From: a virus | Lineage: Duplodnaviria > Caudoviricetes | IMG/VR virus record: IMGVR_UViG_3300005238_000001 | Location: 1 to 38,884 of that record | Strand: one strand, 5' to 3' | Length of the DNA: 38,884 nucleotides | Shown here: positions 36,144 to 38,884 of the stretch, piece after piece | How positions within the stretch are numbered: the stretch's first letter is position 1 | How the letters are laid out: every line of letters starts with the position of its first letter | Notes under the pieces: model-generated | Told to the model about the DNA's origin: nothing | What the model saw: the letters and a program-made list of their open reading frames with translations, nothing else | Database searches by the model: none | Translations under genes and position numbers: made by a program

Positions 36144-36496
36144 CAGAAGAGACGATCCGCACGCGCGTGATCAACACCACGCGAGATCACTGGAAGGCGG
36201 TGTTGCATTTTGCATCCTGGGCACTTGCCGCTCTGGTCACTGTGAGTGTTGCGATCGGTCACAAGCAGGCTGATAACGCCACTCTTGCAACCGATGTCGC
36301 CACGTTGAAGACCGACATGCAGGGCCTGAAATCTTCTGTGGCGAGCACCAATGTATCCCTCGCTCGGATAGAGGGAACCCTGAACGGCATCAACATGAAG
36401 ACAGATGAGTTCGGCAAGTTCAAGGATGGTGTACAGCAAGGAGCGAAGGAAGCACTGGCAATACCAGTACCTAAAGGCCATCGCGCCAAGAAATGA
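36140..36496 (+). CDS. Membrane protein with coiled coil (lysis region)
   Basis: GTGA coupling; TM segment (FASWALAALVTVSVAIG) then heptads. Confidence 0.65.
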   Translation: MTEETIRTRVINTTRDHWKAVLHFASWALAALVTVSVAIGHKQADNATLATDVATLKTDMQGLKSSVASTNVSLARIEGTLNGINMKTDEFGKFKDGVQQGAKEALAIPVPKGHRAKK

Positions 36497-36502
36497 GGCA
36501 GG

Positions 36503-36985
36503 TTGATGACCGAGAGTACATGGATCTGGATTCGCATCCGCAGGCGGATTGCTCACCAAGTGGCAGGTATTTTGCGGGAAGCTTCCAACAAGCTGCATTT
36601 CGATGCGAGCAAAGCCAAGGGCCCGAAAGCAGAAGGATTGCGATCCGATGCGGACGATATCCACTACATCGGTAAACAGATTGAGCGTGATATCCACTAC
36701 AACGGTGAATACGTGAACGACGAGTCAGTCCATGGCAATTCGGCGCCCGTGCAGATCACCCGCTTTAGCCTGCCGAAGGATGCACGCGAGCTGATGGTTT
36801 CGGTGGTTGTCGCCGCATCCATCCTCACGAATCTCGTGCTGTGGAGCAAGCTGCACGATGCGGAGAAGGATATTCAGACCCAGGTCTGGCTCCGGGACGA
36901 TGCGCTCACCAAGTTTCAACAGGGGCCGTTTGCGGACCTCAAAGCCCATGTCATCGCCAACGAAATCAACTGTAAAAAGGAGTAG
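36503..36985 (+). CDS. Membrane protein (lysis region)
   Basis: One TM segment (LMVSVVVAASILTNLVLW); GAGG RBS. Confidence 0.6.
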   Translation: MMTESTWIWIRIRRRIAHQVAGILREASNKLHFDASKAKGPKAEGLRSDADDIHYIGKQIERDIHYNGEYVNDESVHGNSAPVQITRFSLPKDARELMVSVVVAASILTNLVLWSKLHDAEKDIQTQVWLRDDALTKFQQGPFADLKAHVIANEINCKKE

Positions 36986-36988
36986 TTC

Positions 36989-37180
36989 ATGAGCGGTGGA
37001 ATCATCATTCAGCGTAATGCGGTATTACTCGGCGCGGTCACAGATCCTTGCTTCTATGCAAGTCTGTCATCAGAAGACAAGAGCTGCGTCGATGATATCG
37101 ATGCCAAAGCGCCCGCCGAGCGAACCAAAGCGGATTTGGTCTATCTCGCCGAACTGATCAAACACGCCTGCAGACACTGA
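36989..37180 (+). CDS. Hypothetical protein
   Basis: AAGGAG RBS; TGATG coupling to the endolysin. Confidence 0.65.
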   Translation: MSGGIIIQRNAVLLGAVTDPCFYASLSSEDKSCVDDIDAKAPAERTKADLVYLAELIKHACRH

Positions 37181-37614
37181 TGAGCGATCTGGCGGAAAAG
37201 TTGGTTGGCGAGGAAGAAGGGCGCGACCCATGTGTCTACAAAGACTCCCTAGGATACTTCAGTATCGCCATCGGTTGCCTAGTTGATCGCAGCCAGTTGG
37301 GCGCCGGGCTCTGTGATGCCGCGATAGATGCGCAGTTTGCCCACGATTCCGCCAACGCACGGAACATCGCCAAACGTTTCCCGTACTTCGATGAGATGAA
37401 CGACGTGCGCCAGGCCGTGCTCATCTCCATGGCCTTCCAGCTCACCACGAAGCCGCTGCACTGGCCTGATTTCATGGCTGCCCTCGGGGCGCGGGACTAC
37501 GTGAAGGCTGCTGCCGCGGGACGGGATACTGACTGGTGGCGCGTTCAAACACACACCCGCGCTGAGCGGGCCATGAGGATGCTCGAGACGGGATTGTGGG
37601 TGGATCACAAATGA
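37180..37614 (+). CDS. Endolysin, T4-lysozyme-like (GH24)
   Basis: EEG...VYKDSLGY.SIAIG...RQAVLISMAFQL...WW.Q...RA.R...TG. Confidence 0.9.
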   Translation: MSDLAEKLVGEEEGRDPCVYKDSLGYFSIAIGCLVDRSQLGAGLCDAAIDAQFAHDSANARNIAKRFPYFDEMNDVRQAVLISMAFQLTTKPLHWPDFMAALGARDYVKAAAAGRDTDWWRVQTHTRAERAMRMLETGLWVDHK

Positions 37615-37901
37615 AGGCATGGCTGCACAAAATTCGGTGCTGGATCGATGATCACGCGCACATGGCGCTCTGGGCGCTCAGTGGCGCCGCTGAAGGCTTC
37701 GACCTCTCGCCCTTTGCGCCATCCCTCACGGACTTCATTGGGCAGAAGGGTGTCTCTGCAATCGTCCTGTTGCTGGCCGGCCTCGGGATGTGGCGCGCAC
37801 GGGTGACCCGCCAGCGCGGGAAGGAATTGAAGGCCCAGGTAACCGAACTCAAGCAGCAGGTCGAAGCGACAGGGCAGGTGCCGGCGGTACCCGAGAAGTG
37901 A
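37611..37901 (+). CDS. Putative holin
   Basis: Hydrophobic segments with a charged C-terminus, between endolysin and spanins. Confidence 0.55.
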   Translation: MKAWLHKIRCWIDDHAHMALWALSGAAEGFDLSPFAPSLTDFIGQKGVSAIVLLLAGLGMWRARVTRQRGKELKAQVTELKQQVEATGQVPAVPEK

Positions 37902-38413
37902 CCGCATTACTTGCGCTCCTCAAGATCGCCTGGCCGTACATGCTGGCCGCGGCATTGGGTGGTGCCGTTGCCGGGTGGTTCACACACAAGGCTGACAGCA
38001 TCGAGCTGGCGCGTCAGAAGGCGGCTTTCAGCGGCTACCAAGCGAAGGTGGCTGACCAGGCCGCCGCCGCTGAGAAAGCCGCTCGTGAAGCGCTACAGGG
38101 GCAAATAGACACGGCCCACAAAACCGACCAACGTAACGAGGACATCATCCGTGAGCTCAATGCGCGCGCTTCTACCGCTGAGTCTGATCGGGATCTGGCT
38201 CGCCGGCTGCTCAACAGTGCCCGCCGTCCCGTCGCCTCCACGCCTCATCAGTTGCCCCAAGCCCCGGATCAGCCCGGAACTGCTTCAGCCGGCAGAGACC
38301 CAGGCCTACCAAGCCTTGAAACGCAGGTTGCTGACACCCTCGGGGAGTGCTCCCGGAACGCCGATCGGTTAAACGCGTTGATTGCACAGATCAAGCCGCA
38401 AATGGAGCAGTGA
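37898..38413 (+). CDS. Rz: Rz-like inner-membrane spanin
   Basis: GTG start, N-terminal TM, long coiled coil, C-terminal NADRLNAL. Confidence 0.8.
   Translation: MTALLALLKIAWPYMLAAALGGAVAGWFTHKADSIELARQKAAFSGYQAKVADQAAAAEKAAREALQGQIDTAHKTDQRNEDIIRELNARASTAESDRDLARRLLNSARRPVASTPHQLPQAPDQPGTASAGRDPGLPSLETQVADTLGECSRNADRLNALIAQIKPQMEQ
38160..38372 (+). CDS. Rz1: Rz1-like outer-membrane lipoprotein spanin embedded in Rz
   Basis: Lipobox LAGC, Pro-rich, P..LLQP motif; alternative frame inside Rz. Confidence 0.85.
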   Translation: MRALLPLSLIGIWLAGCSTVPAVPSPPRLISCPKPRISPELLQPAETQAYQALKRRLLTPSGSAPGTPIG

Positions 38414-38415
38414 CC

Positions 38416-38553
38416 ATGATGACTGTCGCCTGCATTCTCGCTCTCGCAGCCCTGATCATCGCCATCCTGTCCGCCATCGGTAAGGCCCCTTTGTGGGTCT
38501 CGGTAATCCTGCTGGCCATCATCGAACTGCTGGAACATATCCCCTTGCGCTAG
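38416..38553 (+). CDS. Small two-TM membrane protein (45 aa)
   Basis: GGAG RBS; MMTVACILALAALIIAILSAIGKAPLWVSVILLAIIELL. Confidence 0.7.
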   Translation: MMTVACILALAALIIAILSAIGKAPLWVSVILLAIIELLEHIPLR

Positions 38554-38554
38554 T

Positions 38555-38842
38555 TCATCTCGAGCTGAGCCTGAATCCATTTTCAGGCACTCCTTCGCGC
38601 CGGAGATATTCCTCGGCCGTTATCTCCCCGGATATGGCATCGCACAGATTGTCCCACGCCGATTCGAGCGGCAGACGCTTGCGCCGTCTACTGACGATGC
38701 CCAGCGCTTCTTCCAGCGTCCAATGTTTGTGCATCCGGGCCAGTACGGTGCTGTATTTGACCCCATGGCTTCTGGCGAGATCTGGAATGCTGGCGGTGAC
38801 ACCACCGACTATGACCAATTTTGGCTTTCGACCTGCCTTCAC
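38555..38842 (-). CDS. Small HTH-like DNA-binding protein
   Basis: SIPDLARSHGVKYSTVLARMHKHWTLEEAL; GGAGGG RBS before GTG. Confidence 0.7.
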   Translation of the reverse strand: MKAGRKPKLVIVGGVTASIPDLARSHGVKYSTVLARMHKHWTLEEALGIVSRRRKRLPLESAWDNLCDAISGEITAEEYLRREGVPENGFRLSSR

Positions 38843-38884
38843 GATTCCCTCCGCTTGACTCAGTCATGGTTTAACTCTGGCTCT

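Larger units (their letters stand above)
1..38884. mobile_element. Temperate tailed phage genome (near-complete; podovirus-like structural module, lambdoid control region), apparently in unintegrated configuration
   Basis: Continuous phage gene order cI/cro, Q, terS, terL, portal, scaffold, capsid, tail/ejection, lysis; no host housekeeping genes; putative attP intact and internal. Confidence 0.95.

Noticed and set aside
1-38884. CRISPR array, tRNA, diversity-generating retroelement, terminal repeats, integrase
   Set aside because: No repeat-spacer array, cloverleaf, reverse transcriptase, matching ends or recombinase catalytic motifs were seen by eye

Overview
The window is most of a ~39 kb temperate tailed phage genome with lambdoid regulation and podovirus-type (P22/SU10-like) morphogenesis genes. 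The host is probably a Gram-negative proteobacterium, judged from the Rz/Rz1 spanins, a CRP box and a dif-like site. Layout: leftward early operon (1-4956: ERF, DUF1367, Ref nuclease, GIY-YIG, HigA, LexA DNA-binding domain), cI/cro switch (4990-5830), rightward early region with RusA but no recognisable replication initiator, two large carbohydrate-related genes ahead of Q, then the late promoter, terminase, portal, scaffold, capsid, decoration/fibre cluster, tail and ejection proteins, and lysis cassette. Main finding: no integrase is visible. Instead a 28-bp dif-like site (1783-1810; good XerC arm, TGTATA spacer, degenerate XerD arm) lies just upstream of an HTH+DUF3653 gene resembling XafT/VC1465 of the Vibrio TLC satellite. 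This suggests a tailed phage that integrates by hijacking host XerCD. All protein calls come from motif recognition by eye; no database search was run.
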